Below, piece by piece: positions 50,201 through 63,107 of a stretch of DNA of 64,000 bases (within the stretch, counting starts at the first letter, position 1; each line of letters starts with the position of its first letter). Source of the DNA: Blepharisma stoltei ATCC 30299. Lineage: Eukaryota; Protista; Ciliophora. Under the pieces are notes generated by a model, which saw only the letters and a program-made list of their open reading frames with translations, did not search any database and was not told where the DNA came from. Position numbers and translations under genes: made by a program. The stretch is taken from contig CBFDEM010000004.1 of NCBI GenBank assembly GCA_965603825.1, forward strand, positions 186,001-250,000. The letters are read 5' to 3'.

Positions 50201-53200
50201 GTGCCATATTTATCAACGAAAGGCATGTTAAGATCATCAATGAAGAAAATGAGCTGCTTATTTGCAGGAGGGCCATACTCCCTACCCATTCTTTTTTCTA
50301 CATGTGAGTCGACGAATCTATAAAGTGCAATTGAATCTGTGTAGTTGTTGAAGTTAATTCCGAAGTACTGCACTTCTTCTATGTTAAGTCCTGTGAGGTA
50401 ATCTTTAGCGACAGTTGTCTTTCCAGTACCACTTCCTCCTACAAACATAGTTGGTCTCCTTCCTATGACGTTAAGGTCAACGACTGCTTTCATTCTGACG
50501 ATATCGACTGTAGGGACAATTATATTGGAAAATGTCTGATCTCCAATTGGCTCATAAGCTGTCACTTTTTCTGACCAAGGCTGCCAACTTAGTTTGGTTG
50601 GGTCATAGTAATAGTCAAATACAGTGCCATTTTCTGGGAATTTCTTGGCTATATGTTTCCACCAAGAGTTGAATTGTGCTTGGATTCTGTCGTCACCAAT
50701 AGGACCTCCGATTGCCCAGATACCTGCATAAATGAAGAAGTTCTCATAGACAGTTTTTTTGTCTTCTTCTTTAAGGTTTTTCGCATGATCTTTGAAGTCT
50801 TTAGCATTGATCAGGACGTATAGAATTGTGCACATAGCTTGAATAATAGCGATATCGACATTAGGAACGATAGGGACGTATCTGTGGATTTCTTCTAAGT
50901 TAGCTTCAATAGTTTGCTGATAAGCAAGCATGAAGTGGCTTCTAGCAATGTCGTCATCTACTGTTTCGAGCCATGAATCCATATAAGGCTTTGTACCGAT
51001 ATCAGTATCGTTGATATAAAGCACACCAGCTCTTGACACAGTGGCAGGGGTAGCATTCTTAAGGTGAGAAATTTCAAAAATAAGCCTCATAGCATCAGTC
51101 AGAGGAATTCTTTCATTGGAAACCAAAGTAAGGACTTTGTTATCGTCCATGACAGTGTTTAGACTTTCAATCCAATCAGGGTCAATATCACCATCTAGCA
51201 CAATCCACTTGTTCTTGTGAGTAGGCTTATAGTGGTTTTCATTCTTATACATATCTCTCATAATGACTGACAGGACTCCATCTTTCCATTCTTTTGTCTT
51301 GGTTAAGTACCCGAAAAGTTCATTAGCAGTGACAGCTTTTGGATTCACTGTTTCATATGCAGTTTCTGCTCCTGCTACGGCAGCAAGCATTTTCCAGACT
51401 TCTGTTTTACCACAGCCAGGAGGGCCGATAATGAAGACTGAGTGCCTAACTTCCATAATTTCTGAAAGCTGGATACATTTGTTAATGAAAATTTCTTCTG
51501 GTTGGAGTTTAGCCTTTTTGCTTACTTTTACAAGCTGCTCTTTTAAGACAAGGTTGGTTTTGGCTTCTGGATCAAGACCTGGGAATAAATCTTTGATGAG
51601 GTTGACAAAAATGGTTTTATCATCAGTGACAATCTTAGGAAGATTGAAATCTCTCAAAGCTCTCATAAGCACAGGGTCTTCGTCCATTTCTGGGTCAGCT
51701 CTTCTCAGCTTACCTGCCATTCTTAGCACAGACTTCACAGCTCTTAGCCCCCAATCATAATGCTTTTGTTTTGATAGAAGCTCTCTAGAAAGCTCATATA
51801 GGGTGACGAACTTGTGAGAGAGCAGTCTGGCGTTCTTGAACCCTTCAGACATAAGCATGTTTTCACAAATCAAAATAGTGTCAGGGACAACCATAGCGCA
51901 CGATCTGAAAAGTGCTTTAATGTTTTCTGGGAGCTCAGTTCTTCCTGCGTACCCAGGATTCATAGTGATAAACATACCTACAGTGTTTCTTAAAGCAATG
52001 TTATCTTCTTCTTCAAATTGGAATCTCTCTTTTTTTGCTCTCAAGGCATCGAGAATGGTTTTCACTTGTGTAGAAACGACAGACAGCACTTCAATAGAAA
52101 TTCTATTAAATTCATCGAAACAACCCCAAGCACCAGTTTGTGCTAGACCCATGAAAATTCTGCCCATAGATTCTTTGTTCATCTGCGGAGAGCAGTTGAA
52201 GACAATGACAGGCAGACCGCAAGCTCTGCCAAGATCTTTGACAGTTTCTGTTTTGCCTGTTCCTGCTGGTCCTGCTGGTGCACCACCCATGATGAGGTTA
52301 AGAGCTTGTGTCAAAGTGATATAGCATCTATCAGTCAAAGGTGTAATCACAAGTCTGCCGCAGTTTCCTACATATTCATAAGCATATCTACTTCTCCAAT
52401 CACAAATGCTGATCATACAGTCCTTGTTGGGGTCACTTTCATTAGCACCTTTCCATTCGAATTTAAGCTGACTCTGCCATGCAAAAGCAGTGGTGTCAGA
52501 AATTTTGTTGAAAGCGAACTTGTCAATGACATCTCTGCCGTGGACATCAATAGTGATGATGGTGATAATCTTAGTTCTTAAGTCTTTGGAAATGCCTGGC
52601 TGCACAACTCTGTCAATCAGCTTATAAATTCTTTCTGAGCAGACTTTATAAAAGTCCTTCATTGCGCTTTCAGAGCCTACGAAGACTTCTTCAATGGTCC
52701 TCGCTGTTTCTTCAGTCCATACAATTTGTGTGCCGACAAGAGCAATTTGTGCAGGGTAGTCGTCGATCCAGATTTCTCTTGATTTTTCGCCTTGAATATC
52801 CCAGAGCTCAGCGGTGGTCCTGGCATGTTCTAAAATAGCTTTTAGCACTTTTCTCATCATGACTTCTAATTCTGAAAGATAAGTTTCGACAGGTCCTTCA
52901 AAAGTGAATTTTCCATTGTTGATTTTATCGGGGAATGGTACATACTCGCTTTCTTCTTTGGAGTACATTCCTACAGCAATATTCAAAAGTCTCCCGCTGG
53001 GGTCTTGTTCGAATTCAACAGCTCTCATCCCATTGAATAGATCTCCAAGATACTTGCAGACTCTGTGTGGGTTGTTTCCATTACTCAAAATGTCCAGCAA
53101 GGCTTGGTTTGATATGAAATAGAACCTTGGGAACTGCTTTTTCTTCTGAGCTAAATATTCGTTCAGTGCACTTTCACATGACTCAATCTGCTCGTTCAGT

Positions 53201-56200
53201 GTTTTCAAAGTAGTTTCTCTTCCTTCTAGTGTGGTAGCTTCTATTACTTTACAGTTAGCTCTTGCATCAGCCATGATTTCTCTGAAATCATTATCAATTC
53301 CTTCAAAAAGCTTGGTCTTGTCAGGCAGCTGACTTCTGATATCTTCTGAGGCCAAAAATATGGTTTCAAGCCTTCTCCAGTTTCTCTGGACTTTGATCCA
53401 AACGCTGAGCACGCTTTCAACAGTTTTCATGGTAGACAGCCAATGCATGACTCTGTCTCTAAAGAACTCGACACTTTTGCCTGCGCTCTGCATGCTCATA
53501 AGTTCCATAGAATGGGTTTCGAGCATTTCAATGGTTTCGTCTAATGGAAGAATAATAGGACAATCTTTATGGGTTTCGAATGCTAGTTCACAGTTTGCCC
53601 AGGCTGCTTCAATTGCGTTGAGCTTTTTCTCAATTGTGGCTTCACGCTGAGCTTGTGCAACGATTTCTCTGACGTCTTCTTCGTGAGCGTGGAGTTTTAG
53701 ATGAAGCAAGTCGTCTAAGCAGAAGGTTGGAGCCGTGTGATTGATTTGTTTGCCAGTTATCTGCATGAGAAGCCTCCAGTGACGTGGCTCCATGCAAGGG
53801 CTGTGAAGTTCATTGATAAGTGGGAGGATTGTGGCCATGTTTTTGACGGTATCCTGTAAGCGGGAATATCCTACCCAAGCTCTGACTTCTTTTGGAAGAG
53901 CTTTGACGATTCTTTCAAGGTTCTTGTTTTGTTCTAATAGGTCTTCAGTATCGATTTTATCCCAGAGAGTATTTTTCCAGTCATTGTACTGGTTCTGGAC
54001 AAGTGAAATGGCATCCCATAGGATTTTGAGCATCCCAACTTCTTGTCTACATTCTTTGAGAGGCCTATAATTGCTTTTTTCAAGCTCAAACAGCTCATTA
54101 AGTTCATTGTAGCCACTTGCTTCTTTATCAATCACAATTAAGTCTTTATAGAGTCTATCAATAGTCTGATAAGCATTATTGATCACATCGTCTGTTAAAT
54201 CTTCGAATTTCTGTGGACAGTCTCTCAAGAAATCTTCTCTGAACTTGCTGACTCGGTCATCAAAAGCTGAAAGATTGATTTTGATTTTCTTGGTTTCTTC
54301 AGTCTGATGTGGAAGAATGACAGCTTTGACTTCATTTACTTTCAGTTTGAGGTCTTCCCATTTGGTTTTTTGGTCCTCAATTTTAGTGATTAAGTCTCCT
54401 TCCATCTGTACGCCATGTTTCTTGAGTAAAGTAATGTTTTCTCTCATTGGGACAAAGATATTGTCACAGATGTCTTTGATAGTTCTGACATCTCTTACAT
54501 GGCTCATGATTTTCATAAGGTCGTCTTTAGGGATATTTTCTGGGTCTTTTAGTTCAATCCCTTTCAGAACCATTTCAATAAATTTGGTTAAGTTCCTCAT
54601 AAGTCCTGTAGCATTTTTCAGAAGGAAATCTGTATAAACTTTAGTCCATCTTACGACTTTGTTGGTTAATGCTACTTTTAGTGGCTCTACGTTGATGCGC
54701 AGCCAAGCAATGTCATGAGGGCTTACAACTGAAGAAATTTTGACTTGAATATTTTTAAGCTGGGTTATTTTTTCATCAAACAGCTTAAGTTCTGGAATTC
54801 TCATAGTGACCCCTTCAAAAATAGGGTGAGATTTTAATTTTTCTAAGCGTTGCTGCTCTTCGTCTTCATCAATGCTATTGCTATCAGTCTTTTTCTCCTG
54901 CTCTCCTTGCTTCATGAACTCTTCGAAGTTTTGATTTAAATCTTCTGACCAGAGATAAGAGTACTCTGAAAACGTGGCCTTAAATTTGGAAGTCTCGTTA
55001 TCAATTCAGTCCATGTGGTTTTCTATTTTAGAAAGCGAAAACTGCACTTCCATTTGATTTCGAATTTCAACGAGATAGTCACCAGGATTCAGATCGACTC
55101 TGCTTATCAATGTGGTGATTTTGAGGAAATCGGATACCCAGGAGTGGACGTAGTCACGCAGGCCCATGGCTTTGCCGTTTTTGCTTTCGATTTCAGGTGT
55201 GAAAACGACTTTGGCGTCAACAAGCTCGATTTTGATGTCAAACATTGGGATTAGGTCTAGCTTTTTAATCATGACTGGGTCAATATATTCTGCAAGCTGC
55301 ACTAAGCTGCGGTTGATGACAGCACTTAAGCCTTCAATTACAATTCCATTGCAATAATCTTGATATACTAGCCAATGTATTGATTTTCTTGCGTTTTTCA
55401 CGCACTCCCCAGTTTCTTTCATCAATTTATTGATATCTCTCCCGCCTGCAGTAATATCCAGCAGTCTGCTCGCAACTGATGCTTTGTGTGCTTGGTCAAA
55501 GTCATCAGGAGACATAGGCTTGCTTTTTCTTTCAATGAGTGGCTTTTCTCCCCACTTTCCCATAATCTTTTTGATTTGGGCTAGATTTTGTTGCATTGTT
55601 TTCACAGTAGTGTTTACGTCTTTTACTACAATCATTGAGGCGTGAATGAAGTCATTGATGTTAGGAGATCTCCATTTCAGGTCATTAAATCCTGGCTCCA
55701 GAGTTTGGTCCATCTTAATGATTCTGTCTTCTAGCAGTGGCTCTTCGACTGGTAGTAGGGTTTGTTTAATTTCATTATACATAGCAACAATCATGTCTAG
55801 GTTGCCAGTTTGGGTTCTGTAGATTTCTTTCCTCGAAAAAATTTCTTGTGCGCTCTGAGGTACTGGCATGCTTATAAGTAAGAAATATTTGACTTCTCTG
55901 AGAAGCTTTACGAGGGCTGGGTCAAAATTGACTTTAAGCATCGAATTTTCGTCTCTAGCGAGGAGTGGCTGCTTTAATTTGTCTTTGCAGGATTTTTCAA
56001 CGATGGCTTCCCACTCTTGGATTTTGATGTTTTGGTACTCGCTTAAGGATTTCATGAGGGATTTGTAGAGCTTTTGGACGTCCTTGTACTCTTCTCTTTC
56101 TAAGACTGTTTGGTTTAGGTTGGATAATTTTTCCATCGGTTCTTTGATTCTTTCCATTAGACCTCTTGTCCAATTAATAGCTCCGGTCACAGGAGGCATG

Positions 56201-57933
56201 TTTTTGGAGATCGGTGCTTTTTCGTCAAGTCTGTCGACTAGAGGCTTGCACTCTAAGAAAATTTGTTGTACTGTCTTCAGGTCTTGCTTATAGGACTCCA
56301 ATAAAGTGATATGCTTTTTCTCAAGCTCGTCTTGAATAATAGGCCTTGTTAAAAGCCCTTCAAACGAGTCTAGCAGCTTGAATCTGCCATAAATTGTATC
56401 ACAATCGTCAAAGCCCTGAGTCAAAATGCTTCCAAGCCTTCTTTCAAGTTCTTTGATTTTGCATCTAAATTCATAGAAATCATCGTCAAATTCTTTTGCA
56501 CCGACATCCATAATGTCATATTTGACAGCTTGGAATTCTTCAACAGCTTGTGTAAACTCTGAATAAATCTGTTTGACTGAGGTTGTCAAGGTTTTACCTT
56601 TGGTTCCTCCAATTTCAATTTTATTTAGCTTGGAAAACTGCACAATTGTATTAGTCAAATGCTGGATATCTTGGCATCTTTCTGAAAATGCATCAAGACG
56701 GACGAACAATGCGTTGGTGGTGATATTCCAGGAGTCATTTGCTTTGGCTTTGTATTCGAAGAAAGCTTCTTTGAATTTAGCAATAATGTCAAGGATCAAG
56801 CTAAGTCTTTCACAGGCAATCCCTGCTTCTTCGTTGGCGATCATTTGGAAAATGTCTTTTCCGCTCATAAATCTGCAGGCTTGAGCAACGATTGCATTAC
56901 AAATTTCTCGAATGAGCACGACGAGCCTTGCTGGGGTGTTATAGTATTCAGAGTGGTTCCAGATTAGAAGGATGGTGTGCATTATGGGAACAAATAATGC
57001 TTCAAGCTCTGAAAATTCTTTGGAGTCGTCAGTGAGGTCATAAAACAGCCCACCGAGTGTTTTCAGGTATTTCGAGTTGTCATTGGCTTCTTGTTTAGCT
57101 GCCTTCACTTCTTTTTTCAATTTGGAAAATTGATTGGTATAAGTGCTTTTATTTTGTTCTAAAAACTTGAGGACTTTGCTAATTTTTTCTGATTGCAGCT
57201 GCTGGTGGATTGAGTTTAAGTTTTCTGCTTTATTTTTCCAGAATTCGATTTCTACTAATGGATTTGGGTCTTGGCCTTGCTTTAAGGCTGTTTCTGGGTC
57301 TTGTTTCAAGACATTTTTGATTTGTTTTGTCCAGGTAATGACGGCACCTTCAAGAACATGCGCTTTGTCTTTGCTTGAAATTCTATCTGAGGTAGTAGTT
57401 TCCTGTGGAGGAATTGGAAGCATGGTTCTGCCTTTAACTTCACCAATAGTCACGTAGATTGTGGATAAAAAGTTATGGAACTTGTTTTCAATGAGGTCTT
57501 TGGAAACTAAATCAGACCATCCATGCTGGTTCTGAGGATTTGCAAGGACTGGTAAATATACTTCTTGGCACATGAGGCTCATGTTTTCAAGGACGTTTTT
57601 CGAGAGCTCCATGAATCCTAGCTGCTCTTTCAAAAGCCGCGGATCTAATGGGACACCTCGGACTGTCTTGTACATGAGGATAACTTTTTTGCGGACAGAG
57701 GCTGGTGAGGGAAGGGTTGAAGTGATATTTATGTTGTCACCGCTACCTTGGACAAAGACTAAGTATCCTAAGTCATCATGAGGGTTGGTAAAGAGCTGAA
57801 GGTTTCTGACATTGTCCTCATTTTCAAATGACTTTTTCATCTTGTCAATAGTCTTTTTGAGACCAAGCAGCCCTGCTATTCGAGCTATGATGTAGTCATA
57901 TGGGATCTGGGTTTGTTTGGCTTCTTCTCCCAT
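44293..57933 (-). CDS. Axonemal dynein heavy chain, probably outer-arm beta type (DNAH9/17-like), 4546 aa, no evident introns
   Basis: P-loops GPAGTGKT, GPPGCGKT, GGSGTGKT and GVGGSGKQ; RLVITPLTDRCY, CFDEFNR; DHC_N1-type tail (LEGAVITWTKQIK). The two ORFs are joined by one TGA at 55006-55008. Confidence 0.95.
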
Positions 57934-58477
57934 TTATGGTTAAGAATTAATTATAACCGCCAACTTAGATGGCTTTATCTAACGATGATGGTTGTGTAAA
58001 TGGATAAATACAAGGTGATTTACTAAAGATAAAATTTAAAGATCAAAAATTTTTAATTAATTGATTTTTATACATATTTTGATAAATAAAGTATTGTTGA
58101 TTGGTAAGACATTTTATGTAATAATTCTTGCATAAAATAAGAGTGAGAATTCACTTTTGTTTATACTCTTGAAACTGATCAGGAATTTATTAATCTGTAA
58201 ATATTGTTTATTGTATGTCTATTATTGGAGGTTTACAGCATTTTAATTGTTCTTTTAATGTCAAATTTTGTAAAATTATTTCAATTCTAGAAATTCATGC
58301 TAGAGAAATACAGATATATAAAATTCATCTGAACATTGTTGAATTACAGAAATATATCTCAAAAATTCAATATTCAAAAATTAAATATTAGATAAAAATT
58401 GCAAACAATACGATTTATCTGAATTAGGCTAATTCAAAGCAGGATAAAACTCTAAAATAAATAATTAAATTATCAAT

Positions 58478-59035
58478 TTATATCAAATTCTGATGAAGCA
58501 TTGTTATATCTGAGAGACTTCGGTCTCCTGTTTTGATTAATTTACTTTTTTCATGTTTTTCGGTCAATATCAATTCATAAACATCAATTGACTTTTCAGC
58601 CAAATTGTATAACTCAGAAAATATTTCTTCTTCATCAGAATACTTTATAGAGGATGATTCTTCGTCGATTTTCTTTACTATTTCCTTAATTGTGGTCAGT
58701 CTTAATTCTTTTATCTTTTTCGAAAGCTTAAAATTTTCTTTGTCTAAAAATCGAATTCAATCTTTTATTCTTCTCATGCAAAATTCAACAGCTGGGATTA
58801 AAATTTCTCTCCTTTTTCTATTTAAGGTCTTTCAGAGAAGGATAATATGCTCATTAAAGGTTTCAAAATCAGACAGACTAAAAGTATCTTTTGTTTCTAG
58901 TTCTTTTATTCTTTCTGTGGTGTCATTCATATAAAGTTCAATATTTTCAATAAACTTCAGGCTTGAATCTAAGCTTTCTTTTGCTTGGTATCCTAATGAC
59001 TGTGAAAGGCGAACCCAGAAAGTAATATCTTGCAT
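58478..59035 (-). CDS. Hypothetical helical protein, about 185 aa; start uncertain
   Basis: Frame open from ~59125 to TAA at 58478-58480 with TGA=W; first in-frame ATG at 59035. Confidence 0.45.
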
Positions 59036-59367
59036 CTTCCTATTTAAATTTAAAAATAATTCTTCATAAAAATGGTTCAAGCTACAATTGTGTGGCCATT
59101 CAAATGTTTTTCAGTATTTATGGAGTCCTTAAGAAAAGGCAAAATTTCCCGTTTTATTATATTGTTTTTGTTTTTTATTCTTAATTTTCAACTTTTGTCA
59201 CTTAAAAAGTCAAAATTTAGTTAGAGTTCCTATTTAATTCTTTTTTTTAAGATTGCATTTTTATAAGTAAAATAAATAGTAAGAAATTGCGTAACTATTT
59301 TAAAATAAAAAGAACTTTTTTACCAGCTCAATTTACTCTTTTAGTCTTGAGTAGCAATAAATTTTAA

Positions 59368-60105
59368 ATGGCATATCAAAAGAGTTTTTGGATTATTTTT
59401 TTAGGCATATCAATATTTCGATCCATTCTTTACTACTCAACTCACAACACAGACTATAAAACTTGCAAATATCCAATTGGACTATGGCAATGCATTGAAT
59501 TTTCATCAATTACAGTTGTTTTAATTTTAAATATTATAGGTCACATCTCGCACCAGCAAGGCTATTCTCGAAATTGCCGAAATTTGTTTCTTATAGTAAC
59601 ACCTTTGCTTCAATTTATTAACTTGCTATGGACAATTATAGGCACTTACTGAATCATATACACTCTAACAAGAGAGCGATATTGCGTAATTTATAATTAG
59701 CTGCCAGAATCAGGCAAGCCATATCAGCTAGCAGTCACTCTTGTATCCTATTACATTTATTGAAGCATAACTTCTTGCTCAGTCGCATTATTAGGCATTC
59801 TCATGATAATGAATTATCAGCAGAGAATCATCGGGATGGATCTAATTAATTTAGACACAAACCAAAGTAGGCGCAATACTCGACTGACCCAAGACCAGAT
59901 TCAGACAATAAAAACAGAGCTGCTTGATGAGTGCATGACCTGTTCTATTTGTTTAGAAATCGTTGATCCTGGTGTTGAAGTCAGGGTGCTCCCTTTATGC
60001 ATGCATAAGTTTCATTGTGAATGCATAGATCAATGACTTAAGCGAAATGCAATGTGCCCATATTGCAGAAGACACGTCAGTATTGATGCGATAAGTGTGG
60101 CTTAA
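59368..60105 (+). CDS. Transmembrane RING-H2 E3 ligase, 240 aa; intron 59686-59700
   Basis: About four TM segments, then CSICLE...LPLCMHKFHCECIDQ(W=TGA)LKRNAMCPYCR. Confidence 0.9.
59686..59700 (+). other. 15-nt intron (RING gene)
   Basis: gtaatttataattag. Confidence 0.88.
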
Positions 60106-60136
60106 TATGTAAAATAGTTAAAAATTATGAATAGCA

Positions 60137-62785
60137 TTAAAATCTTTGGCGTTCTGTTAGGCATGACTGAACATTTATACCCCTTTTTCTTAAAGTTTCT
60201 TGTAACTGCTGCGAAGGCAAGCTTCCAGATTTTTCGACATAATATCTTGAAGAGTTAGCTGGAGGAATAGGGGATATTGATCTGCTCAAAGAGATTTGCT
60301 GCTTTAAATTCTCTGCGAGCCTGTCATTGTTGGCTTTTCCCATTATAGCGCTCATCACTAAACTTTCAGCTTCTCCGGGTAAAAATACTTTGTTCCCCTT
60401 CTCATCAAATCTTTCAGTCAAAGTGCGGGCTTTTGCTGTTTTTATTCTTTCTGTTTCCTGTATTGAATTTCTTCTGGAAGTTCTCGAAATGTCTAGTGGG
60501 GGAATTATTTCTTTTGTGGGGCTGATTTTTTTCAGTTTTTCAGGGATTTGAGCCTTGTCTTCAAACCTCTTGGAATTTAACTGTTTGGTGACTACATTTT
60601 CTATTGCACTTACTTTTGACTATATTAAAATTACCAATGCATCCCTGACTTGCTTTTTTACACATTCAACTTTGGTTCTCTCTTTTTCAAGTTCTACAAG
60701 CCTTTCTTCTAGTCTTACAAGATGAGCAGGATTAGTGAAGTGTGGAGTATTAGTCATATCAGAGTACGACTGATTTTCAGACTCAGGGTAAAGGTCTTGA
60801 ATATGAAGCTGTTTTAGACTTCCAGAATTTGAAAATTTTAAGCTCTCTCTGAGGGTGCTTGCACTTAATGATTGCCTTTCATCAAGCTTGTTGTATTTAG
60901 AAACTAATTCTTGCCGGATACTATTCCATTCTTTAGAAATTTCATCGATGTGGCAATTTTCGAGTTTTCCTTCTAGTGAAGATACTTTTTCTTTCAAATC
61001 TCGGATTGCTTGGGTATGTTCATCAGCATTCATATCTTCTTTCAGCTTCGCTACTTCACTGCTTAATGCTGAAATTTTAGAACTTTGCTTATAATAGTTT
61101 TCTTCACATTTCCCATAGTCAAGTTTTACTGGGATTTCATTTTCTGCATTTTTACTGTAACTTTTAAATTGCTCTAGCTGATTTGCTATCAAATTTGAAT
61201 TTTCTTTCAGATATTTAATGTTTTCTTCAATCACTTCAATTCTTTTTTGCCACATCGCGTCTTTCTTTTCTAAACTGATGATTTTTTTTTCAAAAATTTC
61301 GAGCCTTGAATCGACTTCTGCAAATTTATTTCTCAAAGCTTCATTATCAACAGCTTTGCTATTGTTTTCTAGATACTGCACAAAGCCATTTTCTAATGAT
61401 TTTACAACTTTTCATAAGCTATTTATCTGTTCGTCATTAGATAAAGGCTTCATTGGAGTAAATCTTTTTTCTTCTATATCAGAGCTCGTTGTATCGATTT
61501 CGCTAATTTTATCATATCTTCTTGAATTTCCAGAAGCTTTGAATGATCTTCCTTGTATTGATGATGTGAACTGAGGAGTTTCAGCTGAGCCTAAACTGAC
61601 CTTTTGATAAGGGATTTCATGAATTTCAATTGGATGCCTTTCTGGTGAGCTAGAAGAAGAACTTATTGATGGTATTGAGTTTCGATTTGGCTTGGAGTTT
61701 GCAAACTTTTTTAAGGCTTCTTTGAGCCCTCCACTGTCAATGTTTCTATTAAATCTTTCTGGAGGAGTCAAGCTCTTTCTTGGAGAGCTAGTTTGCTTTA
61801 GCGTGACGATATCTTCAATGTCACTCATAGGTTCTGCTTGTTTATCAATAGATAAGTGGGAGTTTTGAAGAAGCCAAGTGTTGGCTCTTAAAGCTCGGTG
61901 AATGCCTGATAAAGAACTCATAGACCTTACTTTAGTTCAATCAATTGTCGTACAGCTAATTGTGGTCAATTTTCTGTTGTACTTGATTAAGGTTTTTTCT
62001 AGTTCAGCGAGTTGGACTGAGCATGAGGGGTCGATATCTATTGCTATATAATTAATTGCTGAATACCTTAATACATAAGCAAGTTTTAAAATCACTGCTT
62101 CATTTTTCGTTAACTGCCCGCTTGAATTTTCTTTTAAGGGAGCTGGGCCTTCAAAAGCTACCCCACTCATATGAATAGTTGTCAAAGCTCTGTTTATTGT
62201 CAGCATTTCAAGCATAGATACAACAAAATCAAAGGATAGCGGGTTGTTTGAAATTCCTATTGTGCTTATTGTATCATTTTTCGTCAGCGCTAAAGGGATC
62301 TGAGAGTTCGATATATTATTTGAGTCCAAAATAAGGGTGCTTATAGATGTGTTATTCTCTATAATTTCACATATGAAAGTTGAGTAATCGTCTGTTATGT
62401 GGTTATTTGAAAGATCAAGATGCATCAATGAAGCATTCATTCGGAGGGATTGAGATAATAATGAGAGGGAATGGTTCTCTTGGAACTTGTTTGATTTTAA
62501 TACGAGTTTTTTCAGTGAAAAATTTGAAGAGAGGTAGGTAGACAGTTTTGTTAATAACGATACAGTTAGGATTTGGCCTGTGATAATAAGATCGGTGAAA
62601 AATTCTAAGTTGCATTTGAGTAGATGGAAAACTGCTTGAAGGTGCTCTTCATGCTGGGAATTTATTGAAGATTCAGAAATAGAGACTGTGCTGTATCTTC
62701 TTGATATAGCATTGTTAATATCAGCGATAGGATTTATCTTGAATTTCTGGCAAATGAGTTGATACTCGTTAGTATCGCCTTCCAT
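60137..62785 (-). CDS. RNI-like LRR + coiled-coil protein, 877 aa; intron 60620-60634
   Basis: NFSLKKLVLKSN, NASLMHLDLSNNHI, NTSISTLILDSNNI; four ORFs in one frame joined by two TGA=W and a 15-nt intron. Confidence 0.8.
60620..60634 (-). other. 15-nt intron (LRR gene)
   Basis: gtaattttaatatag. Confidence 0.88.
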
Positions 62786-63107
62786 TTAAATTTTGAAATG
62801 AATAAGTTGATTTCTTATCATTTTCCACAATGACCCATAAAATAAATATTTAAAATATAAGCTATTTATGATGCTGAGTAGTTAAAAACTTAAAGATTTT
62901 GTTAGAAAATTAATTAATTAAGCAACAATTTAATAATAAAATCTGTGATCGAAAATGATTATATACTTGTTGCCTTTTTTAATGGCTTCATCAGATTCAT
63001 ATTAAAAAATTTCTTGTCTATGTATTATCCGTTAAGTCCTTGTAGGATTGTCTCTAGCATTAAATGATAATGACGCATTTGCATTTTCGCAATGCCAGCC
63101 ATAAAAT

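Noticed and set aside
54916-55008. Split dynein (separate tail and motor genes)
   Set aside because: The gap is in frame and reads W-IDNETSKFKATFSEYSYLWSEDL, typical dynein tail sequence.
44450-57781. Many + strand ORFs overlapping dynein, and similar antisense ORFs elsewhere
   Set aside because: Antisense shadows of biased codon usage; Ser/Phe/Leu-rich with no motifs.
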